From Gnetum montanum (taxonomy: Eukaryota > Plantae > Gnetophyta): 64,000 nt of DNA. The notes beneath the pieces were generated by a model. The model did no database searches. It worked only from the letters and a program-made list of their open reading frames with translations, and was not told where the DNA came from. The position numbers and the translations under genes are program-made. Each line of letters begins with the position of its first letter. Position 1 is the first letter of the stretch. Location of the stretch: NCBI GenBank assembly GCA_015680685.1, contig MNCI01003412.1, positions 124,001-188,000 on the forward strand, written 5' to 3'. Positions 51,933 to 64,000 of the stretch are shown piece after piece.

Positions 51933-54900
51933 TGTTGTAGTTCCAGAATGGAGTTCACATCATCAAGAAAAAGCCTCTAGAACATTTGTAGTGTCATTGC
52001 CCTTAACATTTTACTGATCCTCGAGAGATGCCTTTGGGCATTTTGCTGATCTTTTAGAGCTCTTGCCACCATCACCAGTAGTACCACCTCCAAGCTACAC
52101 CAATAGCATCACCAGCCTTAGGTATTTTATTATTGGTTAGAGCTCTCATTGTTAGCACCACCTGCTAGAGTACTAGTAGTACTATGGCCTAGCCACCTTA
52201 TTGTCATCCTCTAGCCCTCACCTTTGCGTAGGCTTGGAAGTGCATCCAGCAACATGGATCCCTACCATCTTACTAGATTTCCAGGTTCCTATCCTTGGTG
52301 TGGAGTCTTGAGCATTGCACAACCATTTACCTTAGCCACCTTGCTGGCCTCTTTGGGGTGCTCACTTCTAGTGTGGCTGCTAAAGCTTTTATAGCTTTCT
52401 AGCTTCAACACCTACATTGGCCTTCCTACTTTGGCAATGTAAGCTCTTGCAATTGGTCTAGCACTCATGACACTTGTAGCACCCTCACAACCAACAGTTT
52501 GCTCTTATCTCATGTTGTGTGGTTGTTTTCTTATCTTCTCTGTGTTGTGTTTGCAAGATGAAACCCTGGAGGTGATCATTCAGAGATGCATTTCATTATA
52601 GTAGAAAGTCATCACATTGCTTTGATCTACTTGGTTGGACTCACCAAGCCACTAAAGAGTGCACATCCTTATTACCCTACTATAGCCTACTTCCATTTAT
52701 TCCTTTTACCTTACATTTTGTTACCTATCCTACCAACTTCTCTAATGCACATGACACTCTTCTTTTAATCCACCGTAGAACCCATAATGGACGTAATGTA
52801 ACCCATCCCATAGGGAGCCTCTATGGGCTGGTCAAAGCCCAAGCGAATGTAACACAATTCATCCCTGGGAGGAAACACCTGTCCTACAGATGCAATGTAG
52901 TTGCTTCTAAGCAAAGCCGATCAAGTGGCATGCAGTCCACTTGATGATAAGCATCTTACAACTAGCACTTCATAAAGAGAAAAGAAAAAAGAAAAAGAAA
53001 AAGCATAAAACTCCAAAAAAAAGAAAAATTAAAAGAGGGTAAAACATGTCCCCAAGAAAAATCTAGCAAAGTTGTAATTTGGCAACCAGTCCAACCCTGA
53101 ATTTGCATTGGCCTTTTCATAAGAACTTTAACGAGAGGCCAACATGTCAAGGGTAAGCCATTTTGATGCTATGTATGATGACTCTCTCACAAGCATTTCA
53201 ACAAGAGGCCATTGTATTGACAACAAGCCACCTTGGTGCCATGATCTTGGTCACCGTGCTAACTCCACATCTTATAGCATGATACATTATTTGCACCTTA
53301 TTCCTCCCTTTCTATCCCAAGCCAATTCCCTACATCTATTTCCCTCAGCATACCATCACCTTTAGCACTCTTGAGCTCGACAAAGTGCCATCTAATTAGG
53401 TACCGATGAGTGATGTTGGTGCCATGCCTACTGTGGTGTTTCAGGTTCTTTGTTGATGTCACTCAAGCCACTCCTCCAAACATTGATAAAGAGGGGCCAA
53501 TGAAACACCACAAAATTCAGGCAACAACACTTCAACAACAAATTTGTCTAAGTATCAAGATGAGACAAATTTTTTCTAAGTATTTGGCCCATGCTTCCAC
53601 ACCTAGGGCTATGCTCTAGAGCGTAGCTAGCATAGCATGCAACACAAAACCAGATTTGCAAAATTTTCTAAGTGTTGATAGCAGTTGCAAAATTTTTCTA
53701 AGTGTTATGCTATGCTCCCATTCCCTTTGCTACACTTTAGAGCATAGCTAGCGTAGCATGCACTTCAGCAGCTAGTTTCACTAAAGTATCAAGCTAGAAG
53801 TTGTCAAGCTAGCTCAACATGGAAGAGGCATTTGACAAATTTTCTAACTCTTGAAGCTACCCCTCCTACTACACTCCTGAGAGTTGCTAGCATAGCAAGA
53901 AAAAGGACTGCAATTTTTACTAGATTTTTCTAAGTGTCCATGCTAGACCTTGTTCCATCCTACTATGCTCTAGAGTGTAGCTAGAATAGCAACATGGAAT
54001 TGCCTCCAAAAGCTTCCAAAGTTCAGCATAGGCCTTCATTCCAACTCCAATAGTCCTTTGGCAAGTAGGATCAGCAACTTGCACTCTCTTTGCAACCCCC
54101 TATGTTCTAAAATTGTACCTATGCTTGATCCCACTCGAAAGAGGGGAGAACTTAGTCTTGGAGTGTAGCCTCCAAATTGCACTATTTTGCATTTTTTGTA
54201 GGTACATTGTAGCATTTTTTGACTCTAGCACATGTAGTCTTGGCAACATAGTTACAATCTGGTAGTCTCTTAGGGTCCATTAGAGTACACTAGAGCGTAG
54301 CACCAATTACTTCAGTGGGAGCGTAGTAAAGGTCAACATAGCCCCACCTACCCCTTTACCATGTGATGCTTGATCTACACTTCACACTAAACCTAAGCTT
54401 ATAAATATCCTTGTGTTTCACATTCTAGGAGTTGGTAATTCATTTTAGTGGTGGGAATTTGAAGCATTTGGTGGGAAAATTCAAGCAGCAGTTGGCATTT
54501 TCAAAGTTCCACTTAGCACCTAAGGCACCTTGAGCACCCCGCACACTAGAGTGTATTAACACTTTGCAACACCTTTGCATCCCATTCAGCACTCTAGCAT
54601 ACCATAGCCTATAGGACATTGCGTTAGTCAACCCAATAGGCACAGACCTTGTAGTGAACACCGATCTTCACCTTGAGACACTGCAGAGACTGTGGTTACA
54701 TTGCTATTATTCCTATCTACATATCATGTACCTTCTCACCTCTCTTTTGTAATTGCTATGCTTCGCATTTGGGGTAGTGCCATTATCTCTCTCAAATTCT
54801 TTTGTATGTTCAAACATTTTTTATGCATTTTTTTGACATTTAGCATTTTTCTTTAATCTTTTAGTGTTGCATTTGCATCTCCTTGCTACTTTATATGTTT

Positions 54901-55204
54901 TCATACGTCTGTATCATCATTCTCACATTGGGAAACCCTTCTATGCTCAGGCTTAATCGACCTTGGTACTATTGAAAACACTGTTGAAATGCTTAGCATT
55001 ATCCCCCAATGTTAGCACTTGCATTTCAACTAACCACACCACCCCTTGGTTGCACCTCATACCTGGGTTGCAGTTGACAAAGTCCTTGTTTGATTGACAA
55101 GACTATCTAGGGCACTTTGCCTCCATTTTCCAGCAAAGGCCCTTGTGTGAAGGTGGGGTCAAGGCTGTGCACCCACAAACCCCTTAGTGTTCTAGCTACC
55201 AACA
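51933..55204 (+). repeat. LTR of the inner Tat element (3272 bp)
   Basis: Follows a PPT; imperfect inverted termini; CTTATAAATA near 54398; U5 end homologous to the LTR end at 22850-22993. Confidence 0.75.
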
Positions 55205-55809
55205 TTCTTAGTTGCTCCACTTGTATGCTCATATGTTAGCTTTATGGTTGATATTTTGTGTGTTGTTTTGAGCATGCATGAGACTAACAGTGTTGCAAGT
55301 TGCCTTGTACCCCACTCCTCTCCTTTAGTGCAACACTTGTTGACCATTTATCAATGGAAGTATAAAGGATTCCCACTCATTTTTGTACTGACTTTATTTC
55401 ATTACAAGTGAAAAGTGCAAGAGCTTGGATGAACATGAAGAGAGAGAGTAGAGGAGGGGAAATCCTTCAATGCTTGGTTATCATATATTTTCATGTACAG
55501 TAGTGTGGACTAGATATCCTTGTATGGAACTCTATGTATTGTAGTCTTCTATATACGATGATGAGGTTTATGTGTTCTTTTTTGTATTTTCATAGAGAAA
55601 TGTATAGTTTTCTTTACATAGAGATATGAATTTTGATGATGTGATATATATGTTTCATTTTTGGTATGGTAGGAAAGTTCTATACTATTTGAATTTTCTT
55701 ATTAGCATGTATTATGCACATTATTGGTTCTATTTGTCATGCTTTCATGCTAAGATTACTTGATCCTGGACATCACCTTGTCCTAGCTAGAGCAAGGTGT
55801 TACAGTTAG

Positions 55810-57976
55810 GGTAGCCAACATTCAGGCTTATTGGTGGTAATTAGAGAAAGTAGAGAAATGATTTTTCAAAACAAGGGTAACTCTGACAAATTCTCGTGGT
55901 AAACCATCCATGCTAGGGCCTTCTTTTGATGTGGAATGAGCTCAGAAGTGATCGAATCTATAGCATTCATGAATATCTATTGTTTCCTAACCCTAAAATT
56001 TGATCAAGCCTCTTCTTCTTGTCCTTCATGGCAAATTGTAGAGCTTTAGGGTGGCTACACCTTGGACAAAATTTAGAAACTTAGGATCCATAGTAAAATC
56101 AAATTGAATCCAAAATCTTGGAGCATGGCCAAGTACTATTCCTGGGCCTTGAGTTCAAGGAAAATGTGAATACAAAGGGCCAGATTAAATCTATTAACTC
56201 TTAATTGTAAGCCCTCCTACAACCTCCTACAACATCTATGCAAGAAAAACTAGGGTTTCCTCGCAATTGCTGAGATTATCATACTTTGCAATCATACCTA
56301 GAACGATGGCAATGGAGCCTGCTATGCCTAACAAAAAAAAATTCCTCCACTTCCAAATGCATCACCTAATTCTCCATTATCAAAACTACCACTATTGTTC
56401 AAACTCATGCCAGAGTTCATGTAGAATGCCATCCATGACATTGAGGACACAAAAAATACAATGTAGCAAGCTGTAAACCCTCGTTTCAGCACCTGTCATG
56501 TATGTGCATGATGAACATGATTTAATATTAAAACAAAGGTAAAAGAGTTTGTTTGTTGATGAAAAAGGATTAGGTATAAAATTAAATAAAATGGACCTAA
56601 GGTTATAACATGAGTTCTAACAATAATTTATAAAAAACAAAGGAAAAAGGAGATTATTGGGTAGGAAACTTGCCAACTATGGCTTGAATTTCTCATAACT
56701 GCTTATAGAAGTTATGACTTCTAATAATGGATATGAGTTAATACCTTATATATTTGTAACACCCTTTAACTTCTCATGATTATTGTAACTACGCTGAAGT
56801 CACTATAAAAAGAGCTTCAAGGGTAGAAAATCAAGAGGGAATTTTTTGAAGAGAAACTTAGAAGAAATATATTGAAGATTGTAAAGCATGGCTTACTAAA
56901 GGCATCAATTCAACTACTTTGTTTTAATCATGTGAGTTATTTTCTTCTCATTTTGTCTTAGTTTCTTAGCTAACAATTAGATAGTATCGTGTTTGACATT
57001 TAATTTTTGGATTTTCTAGATTGCTCTTATAGCTCTATTTTCATGCAATTAAAGACTTCTATTTGGTTGACATATAAGAGCTTATGTTGTCTTTGAAAAT
57101 CATATTGAGCAATTTAATAGTAATTTCTTCATAAAATTGCCTATTTGAGTCTAGAGGGTCTAGAAAAATCTTTGATACTTTAAGCTAATTTGAAATAGTT
57201 TCATTGTTTTTAAAGTTTATTGCATTGATATTTGAATCTTGGAATTCCCAAATTTTTTCTAATAGCTCTATTGTTTGCAATTCTTGAAAACTATTAACTA
57301 GCTAAGTAAAAGCTTTTACTTTGTCATTTACAAAACATTTTGGTAGTTTAATAAGAGTGTCTTTTATGAAATTGCTTGTTGAGCTTAGAGGGTTTGGACA
57401 ATTTGTAATACTTAGATTGAATTGGAATAGCTTTATTGTGATGTGTTTTCTCATGTACAATGTATCTTGCTTAAATGTTTGAGATTTCACACAAATCTAC
57501 TTTCTTCTCTTTTCTCTTTGTAAAATCCATTGAATCTTACCCTAGTTCTAGTTTTCCTGTGGAATTTTCTCTTTGGGAAAAATTACAAGTAGATTTTTGT
57601 CGAATTATGCTTAAGCATTTTTGTGAGATTTTATTTTCTCAAGAAATGTACTATTAGAACTATATAGACTAAGTGACTTGAAAAAATAGGAATCTTTAAT
57701 GACTCATAGTATTTGATAAGGTTAGTTGAATCTATGTTATAATAGCTAGTTATAATTTCATACACAAACCCAACCGTTTCAACATTTATAACAACAAACA
57801 TACATTTACAATTAGTTTTCTCCATTACCATTAAGTTTATTTGGAGGTATCTAGGCTTTGGTATTTCTAGAGACTAGAAAGCACTTAAACTCAAGTTTGA
57901 AGGAGCACTTTCGTTTCCCATGATCCTAGTCACAAGACTGAAGGAGCATGTTGGTGGTCCCAAATAGTCACCAACA
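55810..57976 (+). repeat. Outer 3' LTR, right part
   Basis: Colinear with 7592-9120 plus 24543-25201; ends CCAACA followed by TSD. Confidence 0.92.
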
Positions 57977-59103
57977 CATGATACACCATAGATAAGAATA
58001 TCATTTCCATGGTGTATAATATAATATGAAGTGATGTGATCATTTTTGTTAAATTTAACATGCAACCTATCATTTATGAGCTAATATATGAAGAATTTTT
58101 TATTGTAACCAATGTCTTTCAACTTGAGACCAAAAATTTTCATGTCCTCATGTTTAGTAATTTTTATAAAGATACCATCCCCAATCTTCACAAAATGATG
58201 TTTTGGTTTATTATTTATATTATTTAACAAGAAAAAATTACTAGTAAAGGGTCATGAGGTTACAAAATCAATATATACAAAACGATAAGATGTATCATTA
58301 CTTACAATGAAGGCATTAAAATCTACTATGGAAGGTTGTAATTTCTCTTTTAAGACATTGGTAGACCTAAGCTTCAACATAGATTATTTATCTTTTTTCT
58401 TATTGGATTTCTTAGCCTTATTTTCAATAATTTTTTTGGCTTTTCATTTAGGCATGACTTTTGCTTCAGGATTCTTTGGATTATCATAACAATCATGAGT
58501 ATCATGACTATATTTTTCTTTATAAATATGATAATAATTTAATATTTATTATATTTTTCAATTATTTTCTATTTTCAATGCCATTAACTGGGAGTAGATT
58601 TTTGCATTGGATGCATAAGAATTTATCTCTGCTTCTTCTTCAAATACTTTCATACATAGCTCTGTCATGATGTATGTCTTCTGAAAATTCTTAAATTTTT
58701 ATGGAAGACATTGCACAATAGTAGAAGTGCTCTCAATAGGAAAAAATTGATGGTTTCATCTGGAACTTGAACATTTTGTGATTGGAGACTTGCTTAGCAA
58801 GTGGAATTTCTTTTTTACTTTAAATGTCTCCTCAAGTTTCTTCCACATTTTATATACAAAATATTATTTCTCTACCAGATACACAAATTCCCTTGATAGG
58901 TCCAAAGAAATAAGCATTTCCTCCATTTTATTATTATTGTCCACTATGATAGTTTCATATATAGAAATCTCATTTGTAACTTTTATATATTGTAATTTAA
59001 AGCATTTATAACTAGACTCTTAAGTAATGATGCAGAAGTTATTACCTTTTTCATGGCTATGTAGAATTTCTTTTGCTAATTTTTGGGAGCCACTCTTACC
59101 ATT
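57977..59103 (-). pseudogene. Ty1/Copia gag-protease remnant, continuation of 5766-6399
   Basis: EEMLISLDLSREFVYLVEK*YFVYKMWKKLEETF (UBN2-type gag); HFVKIGDG protease-region motif; same strand and contiguous across TSD CATGA. Confidence 0.7.
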
Positions 59104-60020
59104 GAGAGGATTAGTCATTGTCTCACTCTAATATCATGTTAAGCTTTCAAGACATTTGGTGAAGTAACCTTAAGATGATAAAAAGATAGAATAGAAACTC
59201 ACATTAATAATTCCATGTTTAACATTTGAAGGTTATTTAAGTTATATGAAATGACATGTCCTTAACTCAAATCATTATAATTGTATCATAATGTATCAAA
59301 GTTAGTTAATGATATTACTTAATAGATTAAGTTATACATAAAATATAGATTAATTACACCATCACGATGGTAGTATTTATACATAACAAGGATATAAATA
59401 TGGTGATAAGAGATTAAGAGAAATAAGAAAACAAAATGGAGTGTTTAAATATCCTTAATAAAAGAAGCCTAAAGTTGTGTGAAGCTTGTCTCCAAAACAT
59501 AAAGATCTCTTGGAGGTCCTTGCTTTCTTCTAGAAGGTCAAAATGGAGAACAACTATAACACCCCTATTAACTATCTATAAAGTCCTATAAATAACTAAT
59601 AGAAATGGAATGAAACCCTAAGGATCTAGAGTTAACCTTGATTTATGAATTTAAAAGAAAGTCATAAAATAGATAAAAATTATTAATTAGATGCATAAAT
59701 ACAATAGAGTAATTCAACATAGTGAAATTTAATATTACTCATATATATAACTAAGTAAAATTATTTAAAGGAAAATAGATATTTGCATAGTCACAAAAAT
59801 GTAGACATAAAAAAAGTTCATTAGTTACATCATAAAATAATACACAAAAATAATGATTTCAACAACACTTGTTTCACATCACTTGGACATCTAGAAATAG
59901 ATATATTCATGTTTGAAGTTCCAAAAATTAATAATAATGTTAAAAATAATAATTAAATAAATAATATTAATTTATCCAAAACATATGGTGCATGCTGAGA
60001 TGAAAACTAATCTTTTGCAA

Positions 60021-61565
60021 TGTCATGATCCAAATGGCATAGATGGTAATTTCATATCTATCATACTTTATTATTTATTCATAAAAAATAGATACATGGC
60101 TCAAACATTCAAAAAGTGTGTAAGGTTTCTATTTTACAAAATTACAAAATAAACAAAAATTATTTTTCAAGTTTAAAGGGTCCATCTTATATAGAATTAA
60201 TTCACCTTTCATCCCATATCCCTCTTTTGGCATTTCCATGGCTACTCTGGGCTCTCTACATTGCAATGTAGGAGGAGTTAAAACCCCTCAAATAGGAAAG
60301 GTTATTTTATTTCCCTGTTCATGGAGCATAAATGTTATGCACCAAAAGTCTAGACAAAGGATCCTAATTAAATATTCAAATTTTTTTAACTCTAGAAATG
60401 CCACAACTTTTCTTAAAATCAACTAAAATCCAAAAATCCAAAGAATATATATTTTATCTATGCATCTATGAAGGTTAGCTCTTGGTTACCGTCACTACCA
60501 AAGAAATATACCAAAAGGTCTTAGAATAACCTCACTACTATTATCGAATTATCTTTTAAAATTATTTAATGTCCAAAAATATCACAAATTTATTCATCAA
60601 AAGTTCAAAGAGTATATATTTTATCTAGGCATCTTTGAAGGCTAGCTCTTGGTCGCCCTCACTACCAAAGTGACACATAGATAGGTCTTGAAATAACCTC
60701 ACTACTAACATCAAATTGTCCTCATGATCTCAAATGAGTCACTCATGGCTAAGTCTTAGCAATAGCCTCACTACCAACATCCTATATGACTAAGTTATAT
60801 ATATCATCAAAAGAATAGGTCTTAACTATGCCTCATCACATACCACTAAACTTAACTATTCACTACCATGGTCTCGTTTAGTTTCCCAACATCACATCAA
60901 CTTATGAATCAAAATCCAAGGTAGGAAATCCATCCATACCCTTACTCCCGTAGGATAGGTTCCACTAAAGAACACTCCACTACTGCATGTATATGGAGGC
61001 ATTTAAAAAATTCATGGCTCCCATTATCGACTAAGCAAAAATGGTCCCATAAATACTATTATTTTATTTCAAAAATCCAAAATATTTCCAAAATACTAAA
61101 AAGTCCATAATAGCCAAAATTCTACTAAAATTCTTGCAAAATCCTATTTATATTAAGAGCTAATCCAAAATAATCATAAAATATCTAAGAAGCAAGTTAG
61201 TAAAGTTTCCAAAATTCCAAAAATTCCATATAAATTCCATATAAAAACTTATCTAGAAAAGATTACAATATAAATTTCCATATAAAAATAAGTCCAAACT
61301 AAAAAAAATTTTGTAGAATCTTAGCACAATAATTAAAATCCTGAAAAAATGGCAAGAAAGCATTAAGTAAAAAGAAAGAGTACAAAAGCTATGACCAAAT
61401 AAGAGAGTGACATGAAAAGGAAAGTGAAATAAGCTTCCTTGTGTTGGTAGGGCTTTTTGAATTTTCTTAGTTTCTTTCTTTCCTCCAAGACATCAAAAAT
61501 CAAAATTTTACTTTACTTGGAACTAACATGCTAGAAACCATTTATAGTCAAAGATAAGACATATT
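60021..61565 (-). repeat. Probable LTR fragment (R/U5) of another Gypsy element, with a ~168 bp duplication at 60446-60708
   Basis: TGTCATGATCC terminus-like sequence, repeated CCTCACTAC motifs, minus-strand TATA at 61541-61549; no coding domain or PBS. Confidence 0.45.
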
Positions 61566-62767
61566 TGTTGCACTAGAAAAATTTCGTTGCTGGAAAATTG
61601 AAATTTTTCGATAGAAACAATTTGACCTTGGATCCCAAGGGCCTCTAAGAAAGAGGATTCAAGGCATCCTGGATAGTCTTGTTAATCCACTAGGGATTTG
61701 AGAAGTGTTAACAAGTGTAAATAATTTAAATGAAAATGAAAATGTAAATCCAACCTAAGAAATACACAAAAATGAATCCTAAAATAAACTTGCACAACAA
61801 ATGAATTATAAAATTTATTGCAATAATGAAAATATTCAAAGTATAAAGTCTAGATGTGTACAAATTATGTTCCCAAATGCACAGGAAGTTAGAAAAAAGA
61901 AGCATGAAGGCTGTTGAAGTTGGCAAGTTATGTTCTATAGTCAACCTCACAATCCAAGTACTTCCTAGCTTTGAATGTCAAAACTCCTTACTAGTTCTTA
62001 GCTTGAATTTGCTATGTTGATGACAAGAGGGGTAAATGATGTGCTTGACTTTTTGATGCTATGGAACTAAGTTGAGAGTCTCTAGTGCCTAGCTAGTTGT
62101 CATTGTGCTCCAAAATGTCTCCAAAATGCCAAACATTTCAAGTGTTCAAGGTTACAAAAGTTGTAAAACTTGTGGAATTGAAAAGTATTGAAAGGACCTA
62201 TTCAATGTATTCAGATTTTTTCTTTATCAGTCATATGGTTGTTAATTTTAGCTACAAATTTCTACCATGATTGCTAATAGATTGATGTGATTTGCAGGCA
62301 TGGAAAGCCATCATTTCTAGCATAGTTTTCTATTTCTGGTAAGTTTGGTGCACCTAGGCCATCCAAACTATGTTGAGCATTATAAATTATAAATTGACTT
62401 TAAAAACTATGTTGGCCTTAGAAAACTATGCTAGCTTCATGGCATCCTCATGGGATTTGTTGAAACTACACTAGCCTTGTGAAACCACACTGGCTTTGAT
62501 ACGAAAGTGAAAGTCCAATAATTCCAATGCTGAGTGTAGGTGGTTCCAACATAGCTTAAGCTATGGCCAACATAAAACCTATGAAAACACAAAATTTGAT
62601 AGATCTGAAGGAATTTTCAGCCTTCCCAAGCTCAAATATAAGTATGAAAAATTTTTCCACTTAGGAAGTGAGGCTATAACAACTTATGAGGCATTTTTCA
62701 ACCCCAAAAATTGAAGTATGTGAGATTGCAGCTTATGGACTACAAACCTTACATTTTACAATTAAAT
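61566..62767 (-). repeat. Diverged LTR related to the Tat-like gag-PR family, interrupted at 62768
   Basis: Starts TGTTG; patchy colinearity with 22850-24480, e.g. ACCTTG(G/A)ATCCCAAGGGCCT. Confidence 0.75.
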
Positions 62768-64000
62768 TGATGAGCTGTGATATCACATCCGTGATATCAG
62801 AGCCTTCCAAGTGATATCACGTACACAATATTGGGGCCTACCTCGTTGCCTATAAATAAGAGGTGGGTGCACTTCACTTGGTTTGCATAGTTAGTCTTAG
62901 TCCCTTACCCAAACTCTTACCTTGTTCCCTTTCTAGAGATAGAATTATTTCTGAGTGCTCGCAATAGGAGTCATAAAGTGAATGGATCTTTATTTGAGCA
63001 TTGTGTACCTGAGCACACCTTATGTATGACAATAAAGATGAACTTTGTGATAAACCTTGTAGCATTCAGAATAGATTAAGTAATGTTAATTACTATTACT
63101 TAATGCTTTCTTTAGTTAATTAATGTTCTCTCTTTCACCCTACAACTCTCCTAAGTAAGCACACTCAGTACGATCACTTTGAGCATGCATGTAATGCTTG
63201 GTAACCCAATAATGATTAGCATTTGGTAATCCTAGTAGTGTTGCACTGGTTTAAGATGTGTACGACAAGTGAGAATGGATGCTAGTGTTAGGACTAGTTA
63301 AAGCATAGTTGAGTAGTTAAATCAAAATTAGTTACTTATTTGTCTCTCTCCTCCCTTTGTAACAATAGAACATAAAAACATAAAAACTATAAAATTCATG
63401 TACCTCAAGTTTACTTAACCATACAATCATGCTATACAAGTAAGCTTGTCGAGACAATGATTGATCAACCCATCCTTATTCCAAAAAGGCATGTAAGCAC
63501 TTAGTCCTTGGAATTTGACCAGATTGTGCGTGAACACTCATATTCATATGGTTGAGCGTAGGGATATCTCACCGCTCATCATTGGTGTTGTTGTTGGGCA
63601 CTTTTTTGTTTGTGTGCTAATTAGAACTTAGGAAATCTTTCTCATCATTGGAACAAATCCTTAGGGTTGGTTACAAGAAAAATATATATATAATAATATA
63701 TAATACATTACACATTGAATAGACAATCATGTCTCCTTCTTCATACAAAAGTGTTTTATCACCTAGGTCTGATATAGGGAAAAATCAGAGGTGTAGTACA
63801 CATGATAATCTACCAATCCCTCAATAGTTTTAGATGGTATATGTTCATCCTAATGAGTATATACCAAACGTTACCTTTATCCTCAACCAGGATGAACAAT
63901 TGCATTGGTGAGATTTAGAAGGTAACATAGTGTTACCTCCTGATCGCTCAGTCCCGGGCATGCTTCTTCATGATCTCACATGAATTGGTATGTAGCACTT
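62768..64000 (+). mobile_element. Second family A Athila-like element: 5' LTR 62768-63581, decayed PBS, gag start at 63729
   Basis: TGATGAG...CTCATCA termini; colinear with 10820-12015. Confidence 0.9.

Larger units (their letters stand above)
42346..55219 (+). mobile_element. 5'-truncated Tat-type element: antisense accessory gene, RT-RH-aRH-INT and one 3.27 kb LTR
   Basis: Interrupts the Tekay 3' LTR; pol 47976-51464; PPT AAGGTGGGGTAGGA at 51919-51932; LTR TGTTGTAG...CTACCAACA. Confidence 0.85.
33600..55804 (+). mobile_element. Tekay/Del-like chromovirus inserted in the outer 3' LTR
   Basis: TGTTACA...TGTTACA ends; TSD GCTAG/GTTAG; 5' LTR 33600-36203; iMet PBS TGGTATTGGAGC at 36207-36218; PPT 40689-40701; 3' LTR 40702-42345 plus 55220-55804. 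Confidence 0.92.
6400..57976 (+). mobile_element. Full-length Tat-type Ty3/Gypsy element (~14 kb native), expanded to 51.6 kb by nested insertions
   Basis: TGTTGG...CCAACA termini; perfect TSD CATGA at 6395-6399 and 57977-57981; paired LTRs; PBS 25210-25225; PPT 32088-32105; gag-PR-aRH-RT-RH-INT. Confidence 0.93.

Noticed and set aside
51960-52470. Antisense ORF at the start of the inner LTR
   Set aside because: Purine-rich on the minus strand but with many stops and no motif; not supportable from one copy
6400-57976. Tandem segmental duplication of a host gene
   Set aside because: The duplicated unit has TG...CA ends, a PBS after the first copy, a PPT before the second and a perfect TSD, so it is an LTR pair
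59340-59864. 5' LTR and PBS of the base-layer Copia
   Set aside because: TTTCAACA near 59857-59864 fits an LTR terminus, but no convincing PBS or second boundary is visible

Overview
This window is plant nuclear heterochromatin made entirely of nested, mostly decayed retroelements; I found no intact host gene. The base layer is a minus-strand Ty1/Copia element, with integrase at ~5.8-6.4 kb and gag/protease at ~58-59.1 kb. It is split by a Tat-type Ty3/Gypsy element at 6400-57976 (TSD CATGA, ~3.4-3.7 kb LTRs, ~14 kb native length, domain order PR-aRH-RT-RH-INT). The 5' LTR of that element holds a minus-strand Tat-like gag-PR element (9121-24537, TSD GCTTG), which in turn carries a truncated LINE and an Athila-like gag-PR element. 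Its 3' LTR holds a Tekay-like chromovirus (33600-55804, TSD GCTAG/GTTAG), whose own 3' LTR carries a 12.9 kb Tat segment. That segment is the best candidate for an undescribed system. Its RT-RH-aRH-INT gene has no gag or PR upstream and begins at a splice acceptor. It sits head-to-head with a spliced antisense accessory gene resembling Transposase_32, and its LTR end is shared with the gag-PR-only family. The second highlight is a CpG-intact, gene-like island in the outer 5' LTR whose twin in the 3' LTR is CpG-depleted. CRM-like and Athila-like elements and further LTR fragments occupy both window ends. All alignments, counts and family assignments were done by eye and need computational confirmation.
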